NCBI GenBank assembly: GCA_030583785.1 | Contig: CP129475.1 | Coordinates: 699,188 to 763,187, forward strand | Length of the DNA stretch: 64,000 nucleotides | DNA from: Candidatus Dojkabacteria bacterium | GTDB lineage: Bacteria > Patescibacteriota > Dojkabacteria > B142 > OLB20 | Direction: 5' to 3' | Shown here: positions 48,411 through 58,101 of the stretch, piece after piece | How the letters are laid out: each line of letters opens with the position of its first letter | Numbering within the stretch: the stretch's first letter is position 1 | The notes under the pieces: generated by a model | What the model was told of the DNA's origin: nothing | Database searches by the model: none | Seen by the model: the letters and a program-made list of their open reading frames with translations, nothing else | Made by a program: the position numbers and the translations under genes

Positions 48411-49898
48411 ATGTTGAGTTTCATAAACAGTAAAAGGTGGTTAGTTCTTTTTGCGGCAGTATTCCCCCTGTTGATCGTTGCATATCATATCTACGGAAAT
48501 CAATATTCACCAGCGAACGACAAGGTTATTGAGCCAGAAAATGAAAGCGTAGTTCTATCAACTTCCTTTGTCGAGAAGCCGCTTCCTTCAGAAATAGAAA
48601 AGCAAGAGGAAAGATCAAACGATGATTCGATAAAATACGCAGCTTCGCAAGTGCAACGCACCATAACTTTAAATCCAGTTATAACTGAGGCCGAGAACTC
48701 TTCCGCAAAGCAACAGACATATTTGGTAAAAGAATTACGACCAGCTTCCATTAATGACTATCGAATTGTGTTTAAACATAGTTTTGTTGCGATTGGTTTT
48801 GTTTGGAATGAAGGCTCTTTTGAGTACTCGTTTGATGGGAACAATTATTTTGAACCAGAAAGTGTCGGAGATGATCGTCCAGAAACCTTTAATGAAAATG
48901 CTTCTGAACTTATTTTCCCTGGCAGGACAATATCTGCGATTTACATAAAAACATCTTATGTATCTGGTCTCGAAATTAACCTGCTTACCCCTCAAGCAGT
49001 TGAAGCCGGTATAAGTGATTTAAATGCCAACTACAAAGGCGTGACATTTACAAATCTGGGAATCAGATCCAGACAGCAATGGGGAGCAGATGAATCAAAG
49101 GCGCTCTGGTATCCATCTTATCGAAAAATCAATAAGATTATTATTCATCATACGGCTGGTTCAAATTTTGTAAATGATTGGTCAGCTGTCGTTCGCTCTA
49201 TATATGCATACCATGCAGTGTCACTAGACTGGGGAGATATTGGCTACAACTATCTTATTGATCCTAATGGAGTAATTTATGAAGGCAGACAGGGTGGAGA
49301 AGGTGTAACAGGCGGACATGCTTACGGAAGCAATAATGGGAGCATTGGAATTGCCTTGTTGGGTAACTTCTCTGAACAATCTCCCACCAACGAAGCAATG
49401 GAGTCTCTAACATCTTTAATTGAAGAAAAATCAGCAATCCACGGACTCAATCCAGTTTGGGGTGTGAATGTTTTGGGACACCGAGATGTTAACAGCACTG
49501 CTTGTCCTGGGAATGTATTTTATTCGCAATTACCTTCAATCAGTAATTCTCTTGCCTTAAATATGGAGAATAATATGCAAGATATCATTACCCAGCGAAT
49601 CGCATCTGAGAATGTTTTCAGTAGCTGGATTAGAGAGGATCATGAAATCTATGGGGATCTACTGATAACATTTAATGTGATTAATGGCACTGATCCCCAG
49701 GTGATAAGATCAAAGGTTCCCCCTTTCAGCTCGATTCAGTCGATAAATGTGAACGAAAACAGGGCGCATCTTAGGTTGCATCGTTACTATCAAGGTGAGT
49801 ATCTCGATTTATATAGAGCAAAACTTCTTCATCTACTATTTAGTTTGAATCCAGAAGTGGTAGATATTGAAATTGTCGGGGACTACTTTTTGCTGTAA
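48411..49898 (+). CDS. N-acetylmuramoyl-L-alanine amidase / PGRP (amidase_2) domain protein with N-terminal TM anchor
   Basis: RSRQQWGADE...IIIHHTAGSN...YHAVSLDWGDIGYNYLIDPNGVIYEGRQGG...GGHAYGSNNGSIGIALLGNF...LGHRDVNSTACPG is the T7-lysozyme/PGRP signature, including the Zn-ligand His/Cys. Confidence 0.8.
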   Translation: MLSFINSKRWLVLFAAVFPLLIVAYHIYGNQYSPANDKVIEPENESVVLSTSFVEKPLPSEIEKQEERSNDDSIKYAASQVQRTITLNPVITEAENSSAKQQTYLVKELRPASINDYRIVFKHSFVAIGFVWNEGSFEYSFDGNNYFEPESVGDDRPETFNENASELIFPGRTISAIYIKTSYVSGLEINLLTPQAVEAGISDLNANYKGVTFTNLGIRSRQQWGADESKALWYPSYRKINKIIIHHTAGSNFVNDWSAVVRSIYAYHAVSLDWGDIGYNYLIDPNGVIYEGRQGGEGVTGGHAYGSNNGSIGIALLGNFSEQSPTNEAMESLTSLIEEKSAIHGLNPVWGVNVLGHRDVNSTACPGNVFYSQLPSISNSLALNMENNMQDIITQRIASENVFSSWIREDHEIYGDLLITFNVINGTDPQVIRSKVPPFSSIQSINVNENRAHLRLHRYYQGEYLDLYRAKLLHLLFSLNPEVVDIEIVGDYFLL

Positions 49899-49905
49899 AA
49901 CCAGA

Positions 49906-50784
49906 TTAGTTGACTGGTGCAGTTATTTTGTTCGGGACATTATAATCCCAATAACGAACATTTTGGTTAAAAGCCCTTTCTTCAAATGTTCTGAAGTATT
50001 CTATTTGATACAAATCGTTTACTTTAATTTGTACAACAGTATCAACAAGCTGGTTAAATTCATTTACTTTTTCACCCTCTGCCGTAAGTACACGAACTTT
50101 ATTTGAGCCTCTTTGTTCATATGTAGAATTTATCTGTTGTTGGGCAGATAGGTTGTCGAGAGCATCAACTATTTGTAATTGACTCCTTGGGGTTACGGTT
50201 CTCGATTCCCAAACTGGGTTACTTTCTGCGTTGGCAAGGAAATATGATCGGCCGGCTATGTTAATTGTTGTATCTTGGTTTGAGAAAGAGTGATTACTTT
50301 CGCAGTTCTGCGGATAGTGATAAGTGTAAAGTTCTTTGTCTGGTGAGATACTTTCGTTGTAATAGCCGTAACATGTCGATTTCTGATAATCGTTAAAGTC
50401 ACCAACGGCTTTATAGTGCTGAACCTTTTTTAATTCTTCGCGCAAGGTGTCAACAAATTCTCGAGTCTCGCACTCGTCAAAACATTTCTGCAACCTTGTT
50501 TTTGCTTCTCCGGGACTTTCGGTAATAACAGGGCTTGCCGTTGGAGAAGGTGTGACTGTATTTATTATTGGCAGAGGAGTTGATTCTCTTTGTGTCAGCA
50601 ACGAAAAAACTCCGCAGAAAAGCAACAAGTTACCGATACAACTAAAGACCAAAAGCGATTTAAGATAAGAAGGGTTACTGAAAAAGTTCTTTAATGAGGC
50701 AGATTGTTGGGTTGAAGAACCTAATATTTCTTGTTTAACAACAGATTCGGCTGCTGGTATTTCTGATGAAAGCATAAATTGCAA
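49906..50784 (-). CDS. hypothetical membrane-anchored extracytoplasmic protein
   Basis: TM helix LLVFSCIGNLLLFCGVFSLL, a P/T-rich linker, then a Cys-containing domain. Confidence 0.35.
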   Translation of the reverse strand: MQFMLSSEIPAAESVVKQEILGSSTQQSASLKNFFSNPSYLKSLLVFSCIGNLLLFCGVFSLLTQRESTPLPIINTVTPSPTASPVITESPGEAKTRLQKCFDECETREFVDTLREELKKVQHYKAVGDFNDYQKSTCYGYYNESISPDKELYTYHYPQNCESNHSFSNQDTTINIAGRSYFLANAESNPVWESRTVTPRSQLQIVDALDNLSAQQQINSTYEQRGSNKVRVLTAEGEKVNEFNQLVDTVVQIKVNDLYQIEYFRTFEERAFNQNVRYWDYNVPNKITAPVN

Positions 50785-50863
50785 AGATATAATTTAGTTT
50801 ATCAAAAAATAATTATCACCTGCAAAGGTACATGTTTGTTTCTATCTGAATTATAATAAATTT

Positions 50864-53722
50864 ATGATGTTTTCAGCCGAATCACGAGACAAGACACTTG
50901 ATACTCTTCGAGGTATTGCCGTGATCCTAATGCTCTTCGCTCATAGCGTAGTTTTTTTCAACTTTAATCACAACCCTTTTCTTAAAGGCCTAGCTCAATT
51001 CGGCGATACAGTTGTTTTTACAACTTTTCTCTTTGTTTCAGGAGCAGTTTCATACTTAGCTTATCTATCTGTTGCGAATTCTGAATGGAGGACTAAAAAG
51101 AAAAAGCTGTTCTATAGATCTTTAAAGCTTTTGGCTATCTATTATTTAATTGCCTTCTTTGCCAATATTAAATCTTTTCTGCTCTTACCAATTACAAGTT
51201 GGCCGAAGAACATATTTGAAATCTTCACTTTTATCAATGTGCCGTCGTATAGCGAGTTTATTTTGCCGTTTGTTTTGTATGGACTTCTAATACTATTGTT
51301 TCGCCCACTATTAAAACGGGTTGTCCAAAGCCTTTTTTACTCTTCACTGCTTGGGTTGGTGTTATTTTTTGTTGGAACTTACCTGCACCAGAATGTGGTA
51401 TATCTGCCAGCTGGTTATTATAGTTCGTTCTTGTGGGGATTCTCTGATTGGTTTAGATTTCCAATATTCCAGTATGCACCAATCTTACTTCTGGGAATGA
51501 ATTGGGTGGCCTCGACCAGAAAACTCGGGGGCGCTCTCAAGATCACGCGTACTTTGTTGATGCTCCTATTTTGGCTGTTCCTTCTTGTTGGATTTAATTA
51601 TGGTGCATACACACCAAACGCCGAAACGGCTGTGTTACTTCCTGGAATATATTTAGATAGATGGCCGCCTTCACTTCAGTTTTTGGTTGTAGGATTATTC
51701 TTCGTATTCTTTGTTTTACTTGTGGTACAATTGGTTAGAGCGATTGATCAGAAGGGGCTGGCGTTTGGGATTTTTGATTTCATCGGTAATAACGCTATCT
51801 CGTTTTATGTGGTACATATTCTTCTGCTTTATACATACAGGTATACTATAAATCAGAGGATAGATAACCCGCTTGTTTTTACTGGTGTATTTTTGCTTTT
51901 TTTGATTTTGTGTTCTTTATTTGTATTAGGTATTCGTTTTATGCATAAAAAGTACAGTCTTGAAAAGCGAGCGGTAGGTAGGTTTGAACAATTGTTGAAA
52001 AGAAAATCGTTCGTTATCGTTATGTGCTTTGCTTTGTTCGTGGCTTTCGTTTTTGTTTTTAATTTCATAGCATCTTTTACCCCTGTAAGATTTGATGCAA
52101 ATCCGTTTCGAGATCCAGAGGTCGAAGGAATCTTCATCAGGACAAGCGATCCTACTTGGTGGGATAGTTCTTTCAAGTTCCAAAGAAGATTGAATATTTA
52201 CAATTCTGCAATCGACCAAAGCGCAACAATAGGCTCTTGGGTTCGCTTTGATATAGACCATGCCGATCTTGTTAATTCTAAAAAAAGCAATGTAGACGGC
52301 ACAGATCTTCGAATTGTGTTTTTTGCCGGAAGCGATTACCGAATTCTGCCTATAGAGCTGGCAGATGCAAATACACAAGGTTCGACAATCAGCTTTCCCT
52401 TGATAGCAGAGATACCGCCACTTGCTGCAGATAGTTTCTACTTCCTTTACTATGGTTCTGACTCAGCCGAGAGTATTTTGACGAACTCAGCTTCAACAAT
52501 TTACGACAGTGCAGAGGTACAGCTGGGAGACGAGCTAGAGGCAAAGATCCTAGTTGAAATGCAAAGGTCTTGGCTACTTAGGGGTAATGCAATTACAGAT
52601 GAGCAGTCAAAAGCAACCTTTGCAGTAAAAACAGAAAATTTCAAACTAAATACAAACGATTTAATAATATCCATTAATGGCAGAGAGAATAAGGTGTTGT
52701 CATCTGAGAGAGTTGATGACAATAATTATTATTCTATTGTCGATGCACAGCAACTTCTTCCGGGAAAATACTCAATCTCCGCCGAGGTACGAGGAACAGA
52801 ATTTATAAGTACACCTAAAGAATTCTTTGTGTCGTACCCTCTATATGTGACATGGACAATCGACTATGAAGGTTTCGATGTCAAGAATCAATACCTCGAT
52901 TCGATGGTTGCTATATCAGAGCAGTATGGCATGCCTATTACTCACCTGTTTAACCCAAGAGTTTATATAGCATCAGAGATATCGAGCGAGAGAAGAAGAC
53001 TCCTTTCTGATTGGTTAATAGACAGGTACGAAAACCATAACGATGAAATTGGACTTCATTTGCATATGCATTACGATCTTGTGCGATCGATTGGGTTAAC
53101 TCCGTTAACAGAACCTAGCTGGGGAGGAAGAGTGAATGGGCACGATGTTCTAACAAGCGCCTATGATTATGATTCGTTCAGCAAGATGCTTGTTTGGAGT
53201 AAGGCAAGATTTGAAGAGTATGGTTTACCCGTACCTAAATCTTACAGAGGCGGTGGTTGGTTTATGGATATCGATAACCTAAAGGCATTGGCAGACAATG
53301 GATTCAACATTGACACATCTGGGCGAGAATTCTACATCTGGGGACCAAATAAACAAGTTGGTCACTGGGATCTAGAAACAACAACCAAGCCTTATAAACC
53401 CTCAACTCAGAATCAAAACTCCGATGTCCCGCCACCTCAAATTGATATCTGGCAGTTTCCTAATAATGGATTAGACTCTACAAACAATTCTGATGCAGTT
53501 TTGATAAAAAGATTTACCGACAACTACGATGGCAGGCCATTAAAGGAACCACAAACTTTGACTTATCTTAGTCATCCGCACTGGTTTGATACTTATGATG
53601 CACCAAAGATGCATGCATTACTAAAGCATATTTCTCAGTACACTTTTGTAACGGATAGCGGGCCAATTGTGTATGTAACATTACAAGATGCATTAAAAGG
53701 TTGGAGTAACGATACACAATAA
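50864..53722 (+). CDS. membrane acyltransferase (DUF1624/HGSNAT/acyltransferase-3-like) fused to a large extracytoplasmic domain
   Basis: DTLRGIAVILMLFAHSVVF plus about ten TM helices in the first ~400 aa. The ~550-aa C-terminal soluble domain contains VTWTIDYEG...GLHLHMHYD, which may be CE4/NodB-like; that is tentative. Confidence 0.4.
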   Translation: MMFSAESRDKTLDTLRGIAVILMLFAHSVVFFNFNHNPFLKGLAQFGDTVVFTTFLFVSGAVSYLAYLSVANSEWRTKKKKLFYRSLKLLAIYYLIAFFANIKSFLLLPITSWPKNIFEIFTFINVPSYSEFILPFVLYGLLILLFRPLLKRVVQSLFYSSLLGLVLFFVGTYLHQNVVYLPAGYYSSFLWGFSDWFRFPIFQYAPILLLGMNWVASTRKLGGALKITRTLLMLLFWLFLLVGFNYGAYTPNAETAVLLPGIYLDRWPPSLQFLVVGLFFVFFVLLVVQLVRAIDQKGLAFGIFDFIGNNAISFYVVHILLLYTYRYTINQRIDNPLVFTGVFLLFLILCSLFVLGIRFMHKKYSLEKRAVGRFEQLLKRKSFVIVMCFALFVAFVFVFNFIASFTPVRFDANPFRDPEVEGIFIRTSDPTWWDSSFKFQRRLNIYNSAIDQSATIGSWVRFDIDHADLVNSKKSNVDGTDLRIVFFAGSDYRILPIELADANTQGSTISFPLIAEIPPLAADSFYFLYYGSDSAESILTNSASTIYDSAEVQLGDELEAKILVEMQRSWLLRGNAITDEQSKATFAVKTENFKLNTNDLIISINGRENKVLSSERVDDNNYYSIVDAQQLLPGKYSISAEVRGTEFISTPKEFFVSYPLYVTWTIDYEGFDVKNQYLDSMVAISEQYGMPITHLFNPRVYIASEISSERRRLLSDWLIDRYENHNDEIGLHLHMHYDLVRSIGLTPLTEPSWGGRVNGHDVLTSAYDYDSFSKMLVWSKARFEEYGLPVPKSYRGGGWFMDIDNLKALADNGFNIDTSGREFYIWGPNKQVGHWDLETTTKPYKPSTQNQNSDVPPPQIDIWQFPNNGLDSTNNSDAVLIKRFTDNYDGRPLKEPQTLTYLSHPHWFDTYDAPKMHALLKHISQYTFVTDSGPIVYVTLQDALKGWSNDTQ

Positions 53723-55842
53723 TGGCGCTGAGAATCTTCATCGACAACGGCTTAGAATATGAATACGCTTTTCTGCTGGCGGTAGTAGCTTTCTTGTTTG
53801 TGTTTTCTTACAGTATCGTTTCTATTGCAATAAGATATCGAAAAGGGAAGCTGTCCAAGAATCTTGTGCCAAGTTCACCTGAAGCTCCTGACATAAGCAC
53901 AGAAGATGAGTATATAGAAGCCCAGGTAGCTGACAATCGTCTAAAGAAAATTGCTAAGGCTGTTCTCTCAAAAATTCGAGTAGTAAGACATTTTATGTTA
54001 CTTGCTAACACATTATTAATAATACTCGCTTTTGTTTTAGTTTTTGACCTTCTTCAAAATCCAGGGATAAGAGTCACATACCCTCAAGAAGCTCAAGCTT
54101 TAAAAAGCTACGAAGAACCTTTGATTATAACCTTTGACCGACCAATTGATACGAAACAATTCCAGCCATATATTTTTCCAGAAATTCAGGGAGAATGGAT
54201 AGCACAGCAGGAGTTTTCATGGCTGCCTTTCAAGAGAACGGTGGCTTTTTATCCTCAAGAATCAATATTTCCCGGAAAAGTATTCATTTATTATGCAGAT
54301 ATCACAGATATCCACAATATCCAAGAAAAATGGGAGTGGGCGATTAATTCCAGAAGCGTTGATACGCCAGAGATTGAATCGGTATCTCCAGAAAATGAAG
54401 CAACAGATGTGGCAGTCGATAGAGAGCTTCAATTCAAATTGACATCTCAGGGAGGAAGTTTTGTGGAGTGGAGAGTAGAGGTTGAACCAGAAGCAGAACA
54501 CGAAATTTATTTCCCTGCCGACGATATAGTTCAGGTAAGATTTTTAAATAATCTCAGACAGAATACAAACTATCTAATCAAACTCTATAGGACTCCTGTA
54601 CGCTACAACTTAATAAGTAAAGAAGTAGTGGAAAGGGGCGAAGAAATTTTAGTGAGCGAGACTTCTTTTGTAACGGTTAAAGAGCCGTTGCTCGAGTCAA
54701 TTTCTCCAAGTGGCAACAATGTTTATGTAACAGATAGCATCAAAGTTGTTTTCGATCAAGTCATGGATCAAGAGACTGCACAGGCTTCTTTCTCAGTCTC
54801 GCCAGCTATACAGGGAGATTTTACTTGGGAGAATGAAAGAACCATGCTTTTCAAACCAGCTCAAAATTTAGCAAAGCAAACTGAATATACAGTAAAATTG
54901 GCACCCGGTATCAAAAGCTCAAAGGGGGGAATCACTGAGTCTGAAATAACACATCAATTTAAGACAATTGGAGAAGTTACAGCATCTATTGGGCCAAGCG
55001 GAAGTAGCGTCAAGATAGGAGTTAATATCTCAATTAACTTTAATCAACCTGTTGACAAAAATGTTGCTCAATCTAAGTTCTCTATTAATCCCTCTGTTGC
55101 AGGCACTTTCTCTTGGAACGGAAATACAATGGTTTTTAATCCTAACGCAAATCTAGCGTACAGCACAAAATACGATATAAGCATTGGTTCTGGTGTAAAA
55201 AGTATTCATGGGATTGATTCCAAAAGATCCTATAACCATAGCTTTACCACTGAACAATTGGTTTTCACACTAAATGTTCCAGTTTATTATCAGACACAAC
55301 GTTTTGCCTGTAACCTGGTTGCGGCAAGAATGGCGCTTGCCTATAGGGGTGTTTCTGTATCAACTTCTGCAGCGCACTCACAAATTGCAAAAGACAACAC
55401 CCCTTGGGATCCAGATGCCAACACTTGGGGAAATCCGCATGTTGGATATGTTGGGGATATCAACGGAGTCAGCGAGGGCTACGGAGTATACTGGGGACCA
55501 TTATCTTCTTGGATGTCAGGATACAGGAGTAACTCTGTAAGGGTGGGAATGAGCAGAACAGCAATGCTAACCGAGGTTCAAAACGGTAATCCTGTAATAA
55601 TTTGGGCACACAACGGTTACTCTGGGTCGGGTGCAAACCGATCTTGGACAACACCCGGTGGAACTTCGATTTATGCGATTCGTGGGATGCACTCATATGT
55701 GGTAGTCGGGTGGCGAGGTCCGATTGATAATCCTTCTCACATCATATTAAACGACCCCAACAGGGGACGCTGGACAATTACAACTGGATACTTCGATTCT
55801 CTTTGGAGTTATTTTGGTCGAGCTGCAGTAGTTGTATACTAA
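53722..55842 (+). CDS. membrane-anchored protein with tandem bacterial Ig-like (SbsA/Big_5-like) domains and a C-terminal C39-like cysteine-peptidase domain
   Basis: N-terminal TM helices. Repeated segments (…SPENEATDVAVDRELQFKL…, …SPSGNNVYVTDSIKVVFDQVMDQETAQASFSVSPAIQGDFTW…). C-terminus VPVYYQTQRFACNLVAARMALAY...GMHSYVVVGW gives a Cys/His pair in a peptidase_C39_2-like arrangement. Confidence 0.45.
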   Translation: MALRIFIDNGLEYEYAFLLAVVAFLFVFSYSIVSIAIRYRKGKLSKNLVPSSPEAPDISTEDEYIEAQVADNRLKKIAKAVLSKIRVVRHFMLLANTLLIILAFVLVFDLLQNPGIRVTYPQEAQALKSYEEPLIITFDRPIDTKQFQPYIFPEIQGEWIAQQEFSWLPFKRTVAFYPQESIFPGKVFIYYADITDIHNIQEKWEWAINSRSVDTPEIESVSPENEATDVAVDRELQFKLTSQGGSFVEWRVEVEPEAEHEIYFPADDIVQVRFLNNLRQNTNYLIKLYRTPVRYNLISKEVVERGEEILVSETSFVTVKEPLLESISPSGNNVYVTDSIKVVFDQVMDQETAQASFSVSPAIQGDFTWENERTMLFKPAQNLAKQTEYTVKLAPGIKSSKGGITESEITHQFKTIGEVTASIGPSGSSVKIGVNISINFNQPVDKNVAQSKFSINPSVAGTFSWNGNTMVFNPNANLAYSTKYDISIGSGVKSIHGIDSKRSYNHSFTTEQLVFTLNVPVYYQTQRFACNLVAARMALAYRGVSVSTSAAHSQIAKDNTPWDPDANTWGNPHVGYVGDINGVSEGYGVYWGPLSSWMSGYRSNSVRVGMSRTAMLTEVQNGNPVIIWAHNGYSGSGANRSWTTPGGTSIYAIRGMHSYVVVGWRGPIDNPSHIILNDPNRGRWTITTGYFDSLWSYFGRAAVVVY

Positions 55843-55844
55843 TG

Positions 55845-56933
55845 AAATTTGTTACAGAGTATATACGCAAAGACTACCTCTTTATTGCAGTTGTCGTTTT
55901 ATCCGCATTATTATTCTTCGTTAATCTAGGATCTCCCCAAATTGAAAGATGGGATGAACTTACAAATGTGCAAGTTGTCGAAGCAAGCTCGGGTCTGAAT
56001 CTGAAACTAAATAACGAGCCATTCTTGGAAAAACCTCCAATATGGTATTTAACTACATCAATCTTCAGAGATGTAATAGGAGATAGTGCGACTGTCTATA
56101 GACTTGTAAGTGCAATTTCTGGATTTCTAAGCAGCATACTGATCTTTCTGCTCGTTGAAAAGAATATTAATAAGAATGCAGGACTTTGGTCTGCTCTTGC
56201 CTTCCTGTCTTTTTCTCAGCTTTTTGTGGCTAATATAGGGGATTATTTTTCTAGTCATACACTGCGTTCTGCCGATCTAGATTCTTTGCAGTTGTTGCTT
56301 CTGCTTGTGGCTGTCTTTATCTGGCAAAGGAAAATATCAAATTATTTTGTGTCGGTGTTGCATCTTGTGGCCTATCTTACAAAGGGACCTCTGGCAATTT
56401 ATATACTACTCGTTGTTGCAGTTCTAGATTACAGAAGGTCAGCTAGTTTAAATAGTCTTATAAAGATAATAATTCCTTTTGTTTTGGGGCTACTTATCTA
56501 TTTCGCATTTATGATGTCATTATTCGGAGAGGTCTTTACAGAACAGTTTTTGATTTATCACCAAGGGATGAGAGTCTTACAGCCACTTGAAGGACATAGC
56601 GAACCGAATTACTTCTATTTGGAAATTCTTTTCGATCCTTTAATTAATCCACAAATTACCATTTTGGTTCCAATACTATTACTCAGACGAAAGATCATGA
56701 GTAAGAATTTATTGTTGATATTATTTTCAGCATTTTACTTACTTGCACTTTCGGTAGCGGGAACAAAACTTGCTTGGTACATAATCCCTTTGTATTATCC
56801 TTTAGCGGCTCTTCTCGGACAAGCAGTATCGATTGACGGGAAAAATATTTGGCAGACTTCTTTGAGTATGGTGTTAAAGGTTTTTGTTCTAGTTGGTATT
56901 TTTGGCAATCTTCTTTTTGTGTTGCGACTTTGA
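55845..56933 (+). CDS. GT-C-fold membrane glycosyltransferase (ArnT/PMT_2-like)
   Basis: Start taken at MKFVTEYIRKDY, directly after the upstream stop. About 10 TM helices. The first periplasmic loop WDELTNVQVVEASSGLNLKLNNEPFLEKPPIWY is typical of the family. Confidence 0.45.
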   Translation, partial: KFVTEYIRKDYLFIAVVVLSALLFFVNLGSPQIERWDELTNVQVVEASSGLNLKLNNEPFLEKPPIWYLTTSIFRDVIGDSATVYRLVSAISGFLSSILIFLLVEKNINKNAGLWSALAFLSFSQLFVANIGDYFSSHTLRSADLDSLQLLLLLVAVFIWQRKISNYFVSVLHLVAYLTKGPLAIYILLVVAVLDYRRSASLNSLIKIIIPFVLGLLIYFAFMMSLFGEVFTEQFLIYHQGMRVLQPLEGHSEPNYFYLEILFDPLINPQITILVPILLLRRKIMSKNLLLILFSAFYLLALSVAGTKLAWYIIPLYYPLAALLGQAVSIDGKNIWQTSLSMVLKVFVLVGIFGNLLFVLRL

Positions 56934-57506
56934 GCGCACAATTACAATTGAGGAAATAATAATGATAAATGATCCGCAAGCGATTAAGGCAACGGCGGGT
57001 AGGTAGTACTTGTTTTCTTTGAGATTAATAAAGATGCTGTACCTTAATGGTTCGTTGTCAAAGATTGAGAGCCTCAGGTTTTCTGTGGTATTGTTTTCTC
57101 CTTCTAGCTGAGATGAAATTACTAATCGATAATCTCCAAAATCTGTAACTGTATCAGATAAGTCAATTGACCAGACTCCGTCTTTATTTGCAGTTGTTGA
57201 AAGAATTAGTTTGGGATCTTCGACAAAACTGATTGAGATTATTGCAAACGGGCTATCTACGCCCTTTACTACTAGCGACGAAGGAATGTCGTAGAATATT
57301 GGTAGCTCGTCTGTTTCAAACTTCTCGTTGTTGACTACAATGGTGCTTTTGGCAAATACTGCCTGTGAAGATAGAAGAAAGAGCAAAACTATAATAATAT
57401 GTACGAATATACTATGAGAAATGAATCCATAAATTTTTCGCAATTTATCCAAACCTGTCATGAGAAAAAAACAAAGTAAATCTATTATACAAGGAGTAAA
57501 ACACAA
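56889..57506 (-). CDS. hypothetical bitopic membrane protein
   Basis: N-terminal and C-terminal TM helices flanking a soluble domain of about 130 aa. Confidence 0.3.
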   Translation of the reverse strand: MCFTPCIIDLLCFFLMTGLDKLRKIYGFISHSIFVHIIIVLLFLLSSQAVFAKSTIVVNNEKFETDELPIFYDIPSSLVVKGVDSPFAIISISFVEDPKLILSTTANKDGVWSIDLSDTVTDFGDYRLVISSQLEGENNTTENLRLSIFDNEPLRYSIFINLKENKYYLPAVALIACGSFIIIISSIVIVRSKSQHKKKIAKNTN

Positions 57507-58089
57507 TAAGGTAGTTTGGCTTCTTACCTTGTCTGATATATCTACATGGGGTAGTTATTATATTATTAGCGTAATCGCAGGAATTTATCTTGCTAACAAA
57601 CTGGGTCAAAATGCTGTGGAAATTATCGGCTACGGTACTACAATCTATTTTATTAGTCGTGCAGTATTTCAGATTCCTGTAGGGATAATCACAGATAAGT
57701 TAAAGAAAGATTCAGATGAGGTGCTTCTTCTTGCCTTAGGGAGTATTTTGATGGGTACTTCTTTCATCTTCTATCCTTTTATAACAACACCTGTTACATA
57801 CTTCTTCCTGCAATTCCTTTTTGGACTAGGTACTGCTATGAATCTAAATACCTGGCGAAAACTATTTGCAACTAACATAAGTCAAAACCGAGAGGGCCGT
57901 GAGTACGGCATGTACGAAGTCTTAATGAGTCTAAGTATTGCCGGATTTAGTTCTTTGGCTGGAATTGTAGCTAATGAAGGAGGGGTATACTTTGATATGG
58001 TTATTGTTTCTGCGGGATTGTTTATGATGACTAGTTTTATTTGGGCTTTGCTCATTTTACGGATCAAATCCAGAAAATCTGCAAAATAA
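57460..58089 (+). CDS. half-size MFS-like transporter (6 TM, 209 aa)
   Basis: The motif-A-like loop GIITDKLKKDS between TM2 and TM3. Only six helices are present. Confidence 0.35.
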   Translation: MRKKQSKSIIQGVKHNKVVWLLTLSDISTWGSYYIISVIAGIYLANKLGQNAVEIIGYGTTIYFISRAVFQIPVGIITDKLKKDSDEVLLLALGSILMGTSFIFYPFITTPVTYFFLQFLFGLGTAMNLNTWRKLFATNISQNREGREYGMYEVLMSLSIAGFSSLAGIVANEGGVYFDMVIVSAGLFMMTSFIWALLILRIKSRKSAK

Positions 58090-58101
58090 CAGACATATTC
58101 T

